From a bacterium (GTDB lineage: Bacteria > Patescibacteriota > Microgenomatia > Woykebacterales > RBG-16-39-9b): a DNA stretch of 64,000 nt. A model generated the notes under the pieces. It saw only the letters and a program-made list of their open reading frames with translations. It was not told the DNA's origin and ran no database searches. Every line of letters starts with the position of its first letter. The first letter of the stretch is position 1. The position numbers and the translations under genes are program-made. The stretch lies in contig JAUYID010000009.1 in the NCBI GenBank assembly GCA_030704665.1, positions 586,460-650,459 of the forward strand. The letters run 5' to 3'. Of this stretch, positions 49,155 to 58,637 are shown one piece after another.

Positions 49155-50403
49155 TGGCGGATTTAAAGAAGGTTGTTAAAAAAACCACCATCAAAAGCAA
49201 AATGATCAACTCGGTCACACCAGTCAGTACTGCAGCAGTATTATAGCCAAATTTTGGGACAAAATAATAATTGGCTACAAAATTAAAAAGAGCCGCAAAA
49301 CCGTAAATTAGCGGCAACAACTTTTCTTTTTTGAGAATGATAAACAATCCAAAGCCTAGGCTAGTGACAAAAAATAGAGGTAGTGATAGAGCCAAAATTC
49401 GAAACGACACAACTGCCTCTGGGTAGTTACCGAAAATAGGGATGAGATAGCCTGCAGAAAGATAGCTAACTAAAAGTGCAAGTACCCCAAGCCCCAAAAC
49501 TGACCAGAATATTTTTGTAGCTAAATTTTTCAGATTGTGCTGATCCTGCTTGGTTCTTTCAATCAAAACAGGAAAAACAGAGTTTATGACAAAACTTGGA
49601 AAAGAAATGACAAAGTCAAAAATCCGGTAGGCCAAACCGTAAATCGCCACGGCATCTTTTCCATTTTGCCCCAATGTAGGCTGATAACTAGCCAAAGCGA
49701 CAACTTGTTTATCAATGTTGGCTGTGATTTGAGAAAACAAAGCCGACAAACCAAGAGGCCAAGAAATCATTAGGAGCGATTTCCAGTAGTTGGTTTCAAA
49801 TCTTAAACCGGGCCGAACGTAGCTTCTCACCAACACCAAAGCGACAAGTGCTTTGACTAGATTGGCTAGCAAATAAATCACAATAATCAAAAAGACACTG
49901 GCCTGAACAATTGCCAAAAATCCGACCAAAGTAAGCAAAAATATGTTGCCAAGAAAGTCAGCTAAAACAGAATAATCAAAGCGCCGAAAAGCCTGAAAAA
50001 TGGCGTTAGTAGAAAAAGACACACTCTGCGCCAAAACTACAAAAATTCCGATAATAATCCCAAGCTTCACGGCTGAGCCGTGACTAGTGAAAGAAAGACC
50101 CGCCAAAGCAATAAAAACAGCTATCAAGGCCAAACCGAGGCGCAAAGACAAAAGATTTTCGAAGCTTGACTGCCTTTTCTCTGGGTTTTCGATTATTTCT
50201 CGAACGAAAATACTGTTGAGGCCAAAATCGGCAACTAGCGTAAAGATTGAGATGTAGGAGGTGATTGTCACATAATCAGCCCAGGTACTTCTACCCAACT
50301 GTCTGGTCAGCAAAACAACAACTGCTAAATTGAGCAGACCCGCCAACAAACGCCCACTCGCTTGGACAAAAGTGTCGTAGGCGATTTTTAGAGGTAACTT
50401 CAT
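49141..50403 (-). CDS. Wzx-type polysaccharide flippase
   Basis: ADFGLN, IDK, YGLAYR and PKFGYNTAA; many TM segments. Confidence 0.88.
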   Translation of the reverse strand: MKLPLKIAYDTFVQASGRLLAGLLNLAVVVLLTRQLGRSTWADYVTITSYISIFTLVADFGLNSIFVREIIENPEKRQSSFENLLSLRLGLALIAVFIALAGLSFTSHGSAVKLGIIIGIFVVLAQSVSFSTNAIFQAFRRFDYSVLADFLGNIFLLTLVGFLAIVQASVFLIIVIYLLANLVKALVALVLVRSYVRPGLRFETNYWKSLLMISWPLGLSALFSQITANIDKQVVALASYQPTLGQNGKDAVAIYGLAYRIFDFVISFPSFVINSVFPVLIERTKQDQHNLKNLATKIFWSVLGLGVLALLVSYLSAGYLIPIFGNYPEAVVSFRILALSLPLFFVTSLGFGLFIILKKEKLLPLIYGFAALFNFVANYYFVPKFGYNTAAVLTGVTELIILLLMVVFLTTFFKSANEDN

Positions 50404-50562
50404 TTGAAGGATTTTAGCAAAAAATTGATAATCAATCAAAAGGACTTTTAAACGAAAAAAGGGCGAAAATTACTACATAATTGCTTGTTTTAGATAGAAG
50501 AAATCTAGCAGAAGACCTATAACAAGTGCTAAAAGGTCACTACTTCTTGTCAGGCTTTATAT

Positions 50563-50638
50563 TGGTGGACGTGAGAGGTCTCGAACCTCTGACCTTTCGG
50601 ATGTGAACCGAACGCTCTGACCACTGAGCTACACGTCC
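50563..50638 (-). tRNA. tRNA-Val(CAC)
   Basis: Anticodon arm TTCGG-TTCACAT-CCGAA; encoded CCA. Confidence 0.97.
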
Positions 50639-50807
50639 AATCAAAATTGGGCAGCTGTAAACGAAACGTCTGCTTCTAAAAAACCCTTCTCAAAAGAGCA
50701 GAACTGCTTTCTCATTTACAACTTCACTAAATAGCCAAGTCAAGGCCAATTTTAGCAAACTCGTGCTTGCATAGCAATGTGAGAACCCCTATACTAAAAT
50801 TCTATCT

Positions 50808-51389
50808 ATGCAAGAATCAAAAGCCTCATTCTGGGGTTATTTTGTTGACGTAATCGAAACTGTTGTGGTTGCGGCGGCCATTTTCGTCATCATCTATCTT
50901 TTCCTTCTCCAACCCCACCAGGTCAAGGGTGCCTCAATGGAACCCAACTTTCATGATGGAGAGTACATCCTTACTGACAAAATCACTTACCGCTTTAGTG
51001 ATCCAAAAAGAGGCGATGTCATCATCTTCAAATCTCCAACCAACACGGATTTGGATTTTATAAAAAGAATCATTGCTCTTCCAGGAGAAAAAATCGAACT
51101 CAGAGACGGGCGCATAATGATTTACAACAAAGACCATCCGGATGGTTTTACTCTTGATGAAACCTATCAAACAACCAAACCAACCAAAACCGAAAAAGAT
51201 GGCTTCCTCAAAGAAGGGGTTCCCACTGAAGTGCAGACGGGTAGTTATATCGTCTTTGGTGACAATCGCCTGGAAAGCTACGACTCAAGAAGTTGGGGTC
51301 AAGTTCCAAAGGGAAATATTATCGGCAAAGCTTGGCTGCGCTACTGGCCTTTGAACAAGTTGAGTTTTGTTAAACACGTGAATTACTAA
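50808..51389 (+). CDS. lepB: Signal peptidase I
   Basis: GASMEPNF, FIKRII and GDNRLESYDSR. Confidence 0.95.
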   Translation: MQESKASFWGYFVDVIETVVVAAAIFVIIYLFLLQPHQVKGASMEPNFHDGEYILTDKITYRFSDPKRGDVIIFKSPTNTDLDFIKRIIALPGEKIELRDGRIMIYNKDHPDGFTLDETYQTTKPTKTEKDGFLKEGVPTEVQTGSYIVFGDNRLESYDSRSWGQVPKGNIIGKAWLRYWPLNKLSFVKHVNY

Positions 51390-52195
51390 TCTTGCCTGAT
51401 TAGTTTCTGATAGACTTGGTTCAACTCTTCGTCGTTTTTGAAAAAAAGAAGAACTCGACCACCCCGAGAGGAACGCAAAAGTTTAGTTTTGAGCCCGGTC
51501 GTAGAAGAAATTTCCTCTTCCATCTTCGCAACTTCAGGGCTGTGTTGATACTCTCGCCTCGTTCGCGGCTTGATATCTGCGCTGGATTTCATCCTCCGAA
51601 CCATTTCTTCAGTAGCTCGAACTCCCAGGCTTTCTCTGAGAATTTCCTTATACGCCGTGATCATCAAGTTTATATCTTCTAAACCCAAAACTGCCTTTGC
51701 ATGACCTTCAGTGATTGCACTGGAGAGAATTCCATCTTTGATCGCATCCGGCAAATCTAGTAATCTAAGTGTATTTGAAATATAAGGACCGCTTTTTCCG
51801 ACTCTCTGACCAATTTCAGTTGCAGTCAGACCAAATTCCTCAATCAGTCTTTGGTAGGCTTGAGCTCTTTCCATGGGGTTGAGATCAACTCTTTGGACAT
51901 TTTCGACAATTGCCATCTCGAGCATACCCTGTGGGGTTGTTTCTTTGATAATGACCGGAACTGTATTTATTCCAGCTAGTTTGGAAGCCCGCCAGCGCCT
52001 TTCACCGGCAATAATCTGGTACCCCGCCGGGGTTTTGGCTACAATGATTGGTTCGAGTAAACCATGCTCGCGAATTGATTCGGCTAGTTCGACTAGACTG
52101 TCAGGTGAGATTTGTCCTCTGGGTTGGAGTGGGTTTGGTTGTAGAGAGTCAACTTCTATGTGGACTGCATCTGCGGAAATAACTTCTTCAGGCAT
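51386..52195 (-). CDS. parB: ParB/Spo0J partition protein
   Basis: NPLQPR, IIAGERRWRA, ENVQRVDL and HTH. Confidence 0.95.
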   Translation of the reverse strand: MPEEVISADAVHIEVDSLQPNPLQPRGQISPDSLVELAESIREHGLLEPIIVAKTPAGYQIIAGERRWRASKLAGINTVPVIIKETTPQGMLEMAIVENVQRVDLNPMERAQAYQRLIEEFGLTATEIGQRVGKSGPYISNTLRLLDLPDAIKDGILSSAITEGHAKAVLGLEDINLMITAYKEILRESLGVRATEEMVRRMKSSADIKPRTRREYQHSPEVAKMEEEISSTTGLKTKLLRSSRGGRVLLFFKNDEELNQVYQKLIRQD

Positions 52196-52236
52196 TTTTT
52201 CCCCTTTCGAAAGATATTTTTAAAGAAAAGTGAAGT

Positions 52237-52485
52237 TTAGCGAACTTCAACAACAGCTTTACCGAGTTTCGTTTTGATTTGAACAGAACCGTCGGTCTTG
52301 GCAAAAAGTGTGTGGTCTCGGCCAACACCTACGCCTACACCTCCATGAAACTTGCTTCCTCGTTGTCGAACGATGATTTGTCCGGTTTTGATTGCGGAAC
52401 CACCGGAAATTTTGAAACCAAGTCTTTTTCCGGCAACGTTTCCTTTTTGTTTAGCTTTTGAACCACCGGCTTTTTTGTGTGCCAT
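52237..52485 (-). CDS. rpmA: 50S ribosomal protein L27
   Basis: [15 protein letters not shown] and GRDHTLFA. Confidence 0.97.
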   Translation of the reverse strand: MAHKKAGGSKAKQKGNVAGKRLGFKISGGSAIKTGQIIVRQRGSKFHGGVGVGVGRDHTLFAKTDGSVQIKTKLGKAVVEVR

Positions 52486-52592
52486 AACTTAAAAACAACC
52501 TCAGCTTTCTATAAATTTCTAGTTTTTAAGATACATCGCGCGCATAATAAATTTTTGGTTTTTTCGAAAACGATTTTAGCGCGATATAATTC

Positions 52593-52937
52593 TTATTTAC
52601 CCTTCTGGTCGATATAACTTTCCTTTCCTAATTTTATCTCTTCAATTTTAATTGTGGTTTGATCCTGACGGTGCCCAGCCCGACGATGCTGACCAGTTTT
52701 TGCTTTGTAAGTAAAGATTTTTACTTTCTTGGCTTTTCCGTGCTCAAGGACGGTACCAACAACACTAGCTTCAACCAGGGGTTGGCCGATTTTGACTTTG
52801 TCTTCCTCGACTAGAAGTAAAACTTGATCAAGATCGATTTTTTTATTTTCCTCACCAATTTTGGCAGCAACACTGATAGAGTCGCCCTCTGCGACTCTGA
52901 ATTGTTTGCCACCAACTTTTATTACTGCGTATTTCAT
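52593..52937 (-). CDS. rplU: 50S ribosomal protein L21
   Basis: YAVIKVGGKQFRV and GHRQ. Confidence 0.96.
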   Translation of the reverse strand: MKYAVIKVGGKQFRVAEGDSISVAAKIGEENKKIDLDQVLLLVEEDKVKIGQPLVEASVVGTVLEHGKAKKVKIFTYKAKTGQHRRAGHRQDQTTIKIEEIKLGKESYIDQKGK

Positions 52938-53033
52938 TTTTGCTACAGGACTCTAAAAACTCGGTGCAGAGCACGCTTGTCTGGCCATAATAATATAGGC
53001 TCCTTTCCACAATGTCAACTAGCGCTCTTTGTA

Positions 53034-54119
53034 TCAACGCTGCTGCCGGGAAACAACTAAGACAGACTCGACTAAACCAAGCATTGCAAAAACCGAAACG
53101 AGAGAACTTCCTCCGAAAGAGACTAGTGGCAAAGTAATTCCGGTGATCGGCAGCAAGCCGAGATTCATGCCAACGTTGATAAAAAGCTGAGTCATAAGGG
53201 TGACTACCACACCAACGATTATTAAAGATCCTTCCGTTTGGTGGAGGTGGGTCAGACTAGATAAGAGACGGTGGATCAAAAAGGCAAAGAGGCCAAGCAA
53301 GAGAAGTACCCCCAAAAAACCTAGCTCCTCAGCCATAGTCGCAAAAATAAAATCAGTTTTTTGTTCAGGCAAGAAATTTAAGTGGCTTTGGGTACCTCGT
53401 CCCAAGCCCCGACCAAACAACTGACCACTCCCAACTGCGATAATTGCCTGAACTAAGTTGTAACCCCGTCCCAAAGGATCAGAGGTCGGGTTCAGGAAAC
53501 TTTCCAATCTTGATTTTTGATAATCCTTAAGAAATTGCCAAACCAAGGGAAAACTAATTAAAGGCAGTAAAATGACAGTAAAAATAAAGAAGAAATTTGC
53601 CCCCGAAACAAAGACAAGGGCAAACCAGATGAAACCAAGAATGGCAGCGCTCCCCAAATCTGGCTGATTAAAAATTAGTGCTAGCGGCAGCAAAACCACA
53701 AATAAGGAAATGAGAAAATAGCGCAGGCGTTGGGGCGGGTAACGAGTGAAAAGATAACTTAGGAAAAGAATCATGATTGGCTTGGCAAACTCAGAAGCTT
53801 GAATTGTGACAAATTTGAGGTCAATCCAACGTACCGAACCTCGCGTTTCAACCCCGATCAGATAAGTAACCAGTAGCAAGACAAGCAAAAAAAGGTAGAG
53901 AAAAAAAGAGTAGCGAACAAAAACTCGATAGTCCGAAAGAGCGAAAAAGAAAAAGACTCCTAAACCGATCAAAGCGTAAATCAATTGTCGAGTGAAGTAA
54001 CTCCAATCAGTTCCGGTTTGACTCACTGAGGTACTGAAAATCATCAACAAACTCAAGGAAACCAAAAGAAGAGCCGGGAGTAGAATCAACCAATCGATTT
54101 TCAACAGAGATTTTAGCAT
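53034..54119 (-). CDS. rodA: Rod shape-determining SEDS protein
   Basis: QASEFAK, QPDLG, LPEQKTDFIF and GITLPLVSFGGSS. Confidence 0.9.
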   Translation of the reverse strand: MLKSLLKIDWLILLPALLLVSLSLLMIFSTSVSQTGTDWSYFTRQLIYALIGLGVFFFFALSDYRVFVRYSFFLYLFLLVLLLVTYLIGVETRGSVRWIDLKFVTIQASEFAKPIMILFLSYLFTRYPPQRLRYFLISLFVVLLPLALIFNQPDLGSAAILGFIWFALVFVSGANFFFIFTVILLPLISFPLVWQFLKDYQKSRLESFLNPTSDPLGRGYNLVQAIIAVGSGQLFGRGLGRGTQSHLNFLPEQKTDFIFATMAEELGFLGVLLLLGLFAFLIHRLLSSLTHLHQTEGSLIIVGVVVTLMTQLFINVGMNLGLLPITGITLPLVSFGGSSLVSVFAMLGLVESVLVVSRQQR

Positions 54120-54209
54120 TGGGAGTATTTTAGCAACAGCAAAAGGGAGTTAGAAGCCCACAGTCGGTAAAGATCATGGGCTTCTCCTCCTCTCCAGTTC
54201 GACCTTGTT

Positions 54210-54623
54210 TTAAGACACTGCTAGCGGCAGTCTCTGTATCCAATCGATGTCCGGGTGGCAAACTTCAGAACCGGCCGGTCCTTTGTAGAGAATCCGCTTC
54301 CAAACTTCCTCGAACGGCAATTTGAGAAGGAAGCAGTAACCGGCTATCGGTCCAATCAGAAGATCACAGTTGCAGACTGAGTCGATGAGTTCGATTGCCT
54401 CTGGGTCGTAGCGTCCCTTCCAAGCCATACGACAGAGCCAGACGCTGGCTGCGATTGGGTCAGGGAAGAGAGGGACCTGAAGACCCCTGTGTCCGAGTAG
54501 AACTACCCCCAAACCTTGGTAGAGTTCTTCCTCGCTATCAGCGAGGAAAACCGTCACCGGGGCTTCGTACTGTGCTAGGTCTCCTCCCACATCACTCTGG
54601 TCCTTGTCTAAGAAACGCGCCAC
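54210..54623 (-). CDS. Hypothetical protein (GC-rich)
   Basis: Own TATAAT and GGGGAGG before GTG 54623. Confidence 0.6.
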   Translation of the reverse strand: MARFLDKDQSDVGGDLAQYEAPVTVFLADSEEELYQGLGVVLLGHRGLQVPLFPDPIAASVWLCRMAWKGRYDPEAIELIDSVCNCDLLIGPIAGYCFLLKLPFEEVWKRILYKGPAGSEVCHPDIDWIQRLPLAVS

Positions 54624-54675
54624 TTGACCTCCCCACACGATTTGTTCTGGTTGGATTATACAGAAAAGAGGCAAG

Positions 54676-57633
54676 CTAGTCTTTTTTGATAGAAATTTCT
54701 GAACCTTGAAGCAACTCTTTGGCCAGAGTTTGTTGTTTGATAAAGTCTTCAAATTCGGCTGGCCAGTTCGGGAGAGTCACTGTAACCAAAGCGTTTAATT
54801 GCGTACCAGCCGCTTTTCGGGCGTCTTGAATCTGGCGAATGAGATCGCGGACTTCACCCTCTGTTTTTAGCTCAGGGGTAATGGCTGTGTCCAAAGTAAC
54901 CTCGCTTTCCTTTAGCTTGGGATCGCTAACTACTTGTTTAACGTTAACCTCACCGCAAATCAACTTTTCAATTTCTTCACCAAGTTTTTCTCCACCGTAG
55001 CTCAATTTTGCCAACGGTTGTCTGACCTTGATGTTTTCTGCTTTTCTGGCAGCGTGTGCCAAACTTGCAATCTCCAGTGCTCTGGCCATTTCCTTTTCAA
55101 GATCTTTGTCAGCTTTGTAACCCATTTCCGGCCAGGGAGTGAGATGAACAGATTCTTGCCCAGTTAAATCCTTGAACATTGCTTCTGTCATGAACGGAAT
55201 CATTGGAGAAAGAACTTTTGTATAAGCAACAAGGATATAAAATAGCGTTTCATAAGCATCATTTTTGTCTTTGCCCTCCGGAGCTGTCGGACCAACTCGA
55301 TCACGGATGCGGCGGACGTACCAATTTGAAAGTTGATTCACAACAAAATCTTCGGCTTCGGCAACCGCAGCATCTGGTTGATACTTCTCCAAGGACTCCT
55401 GAATCTTCTCAACGCTTCCTGTAAGTTTCGACAAAATCCATTTATCAAGAACACTCTCCGGGTCAAAACCCTCCTCACTCGGCTCCCATTTATCCAGTGA
55501 GGCGTAATTCATAAAGAAAGCGAAAACGTTCCAAAAGCGAATGTGAAAATAGCGCCGGATCTCATCAGCCACGTGATAGCCAAAATTGACGTTGTTTTCA
55601 GGATTAGTGCGCAGATAGAGCCAGCGCATGACGTCAACTCCCATTTTTTCCGCTGCCTCATCAAACCAAATCGCGTTTCCCTTACTCTTGTGCATTCCCT
55701 CACCTTTTTCGTCACGAACCGATCCGTGTCCTAGCAAAGTCTTGAACGGGGCTATATTTTCCAATGCAGTGGATAGGGCTATTAACGAGTAAAACCAGTT
55801 CTTAAATTGCCCAGCAAATTCCTCAGTAATAAAATCAGCTGGAAACCATTCTTCCCAGTGTTTTTTGTCAGTGAAATAATTCAAGGTTGAAAAAGGCACG
55901 ATTCCCGCGTCCAGCCAAGGGTTCCCTACATCTGGGATTCGTGAGCTAAGCTGACCGCATTTTGTACATTTAATTTTCACTTGGTCGATCCAGGGTCGAT
56001 GGGGACTATTGCCCTCAAACTCTCGCCAACCCTCAACTACTTTTTCTTTCAACTCTTCTTTAGAGCCAATGACATCGAAATTTCCACATTCGGCACATTC
56101 CCAGATTGGCAAGGCGAGACCCCAATAACGTTTCTTGCTTATTAACCAGTCGTGCAAGTTGTTGAGCCAATCAAGCTCGCGCTCATAGCCCCATTTCGGA
56201 ATCCAGTTGATGTCTTTGATCACCCCCTTCATCATCTCGCGATAAGTTTTCTTCGTCTTGGGATCATCACGATCAACGGCAATGTACCACTCGTCCACTA
56301 CCCGCCAGACCAACTCCGTCTTGCAGCGCCAACAAGTCGGATAACGGTGTTTGTAGTTCTCTGTCTTGAAAAGAAATTTCCCGCCCTCCTTCTTTTCGAG
56401 ATACTCGATAATTAATTCTGGGTGTTTCTTTGCATTCTGACCAGAGAACTCTCCGAGTCCTTCAATATAGCTTGCATCTTCTTCAATAAGAGGTATTAGC
56501 AACTCTGGATAAGCCTTAAGATTCATCAAAATCTTAAAGTCCTCGGTTCCAGCACCTGGAGCAATATGAACCAAACCTGTTCCCTCTTCTTCTGTAACTA
56601 AATCTGGTGCATCAATAACATGATGGAAAATTCTTGCTGTTTCTTCTTCCTTTGACTTACTCTTTACCTTTGAAACTATTGGTAATTCTTCAAAAGGCCA
56701 CTCATATTGGTGTCCTCCTGAGCTTAATTTATCGCCACCTAAACCAGAATCTACGACCTTTGCATCTTTTCCAAAAACCCTTTCAACCGCAGAGCTCATT
56801 ACCCAATAACCATCTTCATTAATTTCAACCAAAGAATATTCTTTTTCTGGATGGACAGCCAAAAAGACATTACCCGGAATTGTCCATGGAGTTGTTGTCC
56901 ACGCCAACAAGTATTGCTTTATTTTTCTGTCGCCCTTAATTGAGATCGGTTGGAATTCTCCACCTGTAAGTATGGGTGCTCTGACAAAGACTGATTTGTG
57001 AACTACTTCTTTATACTCCTCAGTCAAAATTTCGTGTTGAGAAATGGCGGTTCCGCAACGCGGACACCAGGGAACAGAATCGCGACCTTTGTAGAGCCAG
57101 CCTTTGTCGTGAACGGTTTTCAGATAATGCCAGATAGAATAGTTGTTTTCGTCAGAAGAGGTATGGTAAGAATGCTCCCAGTCCATGAAATAACCCAAAC
57201 GCTCGCTTTGTTCTGTCTGGACCGCGGCGTATTTTTTGACCCGTTCCTTGCAGAGGTTAACAAACTTCGCGATTGAGTCAAAGACACTGCCAGGAACTAG
57301 GTTTTCTATGTCTTTCTTGGTGTGTAGCTCAAGCTCTTTTTCGACCTCAACCTCAACCCAAAGCCCCTGCTCATCAAAACCGTTTTGAAATCTTTGCCTT
57401 TTCCCAAGCATATTGTGGAAACGCTGCCAGAGATCCTTGTAGGTTCTGCCCCAAGCGTGGTGGACCCCCATTGGATTGTTGGCGGTGATGGGTCCGTCAA
57501 TGAAGGAAAAGGTTTCTTTCGAATCTTTGTTTCTTTCGAGATATTTTTTTAGGATTTTGTTCTTTTCCCAATAGTTGGCTATCTTTCTTTCCAACTCTGG
57601 AAAATCGACCTGGCTGTTTACTTGCTTAAACAT
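54676..57633 (-). CDS. ileS: Isoleucine--tRNA ligase, type 2, with GVHH signature
   Basis: FIDGPITANNPMGVHHAWGR, WTTTPWT, GTGLVHIAPG, DWLISKKRYWG and GMHKSKGN. Confidence 0.95.
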   Translation of the reverse strand: MFKQVNSQVDFPELERKIANYWEKNKILKKYLERNKDSKETFSFIDGPITANNPMGVHHAWGRTYKDLWQRFHNMLGKRQRFQNGFDEQGLWVEVEVEKELELHTKKDIENLVPGSVFDSIAKFVNLCKERVKKYAAVQTEQSERLGYFMDWEHSYHTSSDENNYSIWHYLKTVHDKGWLYKGRDSVPWCPRCGTAISQHEILTEEYKEVVHKSVFVRAPILTGGEFQPISIKGDRKIKQYLLAWTTTPWTIPGNVFLAVHPEKEYSLVEINEDGYWVMSSAVERVFGKDAKVVDSGLGGDKLSSGGHQYEWPFEELPIVSKVKSKSKEEETARIFHHVIDAPDLVTEEEGTGLVHIAPGAGTEDFKILMNLKAYPELLIPLIEEDASYIEGLGEFSGQNAKKHPELIIEYLEKKEGGKFLFKTENYKHRYPTCWRCKTELVWRVVDEWYIAVDRDDPKTKKTYREMMKGVIKDINWIPKWGYERELDWLNNLHDWLISKKRYWGLALPIWECAECGNFDVIGSKEELKEKVVEGWREFEGNSPHRPWIDQVKIKCTKCGQLSSRIPDVGNPWLDAGIVPFSTLNYFTDKKHWEEWFPADFITEEFAGQFKNWFYSLIALSTALENIAPFKTLLGHGSVRDEKGEGMHKSKGNAIWFDEAAEKMGVDVMRWLYLRTNPENNVNFGYHVADEIRRYFHIRFWNVFAFFMNYASLDKWEPSEEGFDPESVLDKWILSKLTGSVEKIQESLEKYQPDAAVAEAEDFVVNQLSNWYVRRIRDRVGPTAPEGKDKNDAYETLFYILVAYTKVLSPMIPFMTEAMFKDLTGQESVHLTPWPEMGYKADKDLEKEMARALEIASLAHAARKAENIKVRQPLAKLSYGGEKLGEEIEKLICGEVNVKQVVSDPKLKESEVTLDTAITPELKTEGEVRDLIRQIQDARKAAGTQLNALVTVTLPNWPAEFEDFIKQQTLAKELLQGSEISIKKD

Positions 57634-57753
57634 GTGGCTAGAATTAAACCAAAAAATCGCTCTTCTTACAAGCGATTTTTGGCTCTAGTTAGTTTTAGGT
57701 AAATAATTCCTGCCCCAAAACTGGGGCGTCGGGTAGCTGAACTGCTACCAAGA

Positions 57754-58011
57754 CTAGCCTTCCTCTGGTTGGTTCTTACGTGCCCTTGCCTGTCCACCTT
57801 TACGACCAATCTTGGAGTAGAAAGCTTGACCGTGTTTGATGCGAACTGTCTCGCCACCTTTTTCACCTATCTTTGAGAAAAAATCAGGGCCATAGGTGTC
57901 TTTTGTCGATTGCCCACCCTTTCTACCAATCTCTGAGTAAAAAGAAGGGCCATACTTATTCTTGACTGCCAAACCACCCCGGCGGCCTGCCTCCTCGGTT
58001 GTGATTGCCAT
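57754..58011 (-). CDS. KGG-repeat general stress protein
   Basis: Repeated F(Y/F)S(E/K)IG(R/E)KGG. Confidence 0.88.
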   Translation of the reverse strand: MAITTEEAGRRGGLAVKNKYGPSFYSEIGRKGGQSTKDTYGPDFFSKIGEKGGETVRIKHGQAFYSKIGRKGGQARARKNQPEEG

Positions 58012-58186
58012 CTAACTTTCACCCCCTTTCAAGAGATAAGTTATAGTGGTTTTATCCAAATACCTTACATTAATGATGTAACATATTGTTGAATCTCTGT
58101 CAAGGTCTTGCTTAGAAGCATTCTTAACTTTCTGAAAGCTGCCCTTGCAGCAATGGATTTCTTTAGTGTAGTATGTAGAGCAAGTC

Positions 58187-58501
58187 ATGGATACCGCTGA
58201 GACGAAACCAATTTTCACTCTCTCCGTCGCTGCCGAAATATTAGGAGTCCACCCTCGAACCCTGATGATTTATGAAAATGAGGGTCTGGCAATTCCGGCG
58301 AGGACGAAAACAAATCGTCGCCGCTACAGCCAGAAAGACCTGCGTAGTTTGCAATTTATCCGCTTTCTTACCAATAAAAAAGGTGTCAATCTTGCTGGTG
58401 TAAAGGCAATACTGCAAATGATCAAACTCGGAAGTGAAAAGGGTCTCGATCTGCAGAAAAAAATCTTCCCCGATTTTGTTGAATCCAAAACTCTTTTCTG
58501 A
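58187..58501 (+). CDS. MerR-family regulator (HspR-like)
   Basis: SVAAEILGVHPRTLMIYE, RRRYS and GVNLAGV. Confidence 0.9.
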   Translation: MDTAETKPIFTLSVAAEILGVHPRTLMIYENEGLAIPARTKTNRRRYSQKDLRSLQFIRFLTNKKGVNLAGVKAILQMIKLGSEKGLDLQKKIFPDFVESKTLF

Positions 58502-58598
58502 TCACACCGCTTGCTTGTTGATTTCTAAATTCAATAGTGATAGTCTCACTGTAGTGTTTAGTTAGCTCAATATTCTAAAGAAATAATAATTATTCCAC

Positions 58599-58630
58599 AG
58601 AACTCCCGTAAGCCCTCGCGGGAGTTCTTT
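58599..58630. terminator. Hairpin between convergent genes
   Basis: AGAACTCCCG...CGGGAGTTCT followed by TT. Confidence 0.6.
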
Positions 58631-58637
58631 CGTTAAT

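Noticed and set aside
52938-52990. L21 leader RNA upstream of rplU
   Set aside because: The position fits, but I cannot match the consensus by eye; it needs an Rfam search.
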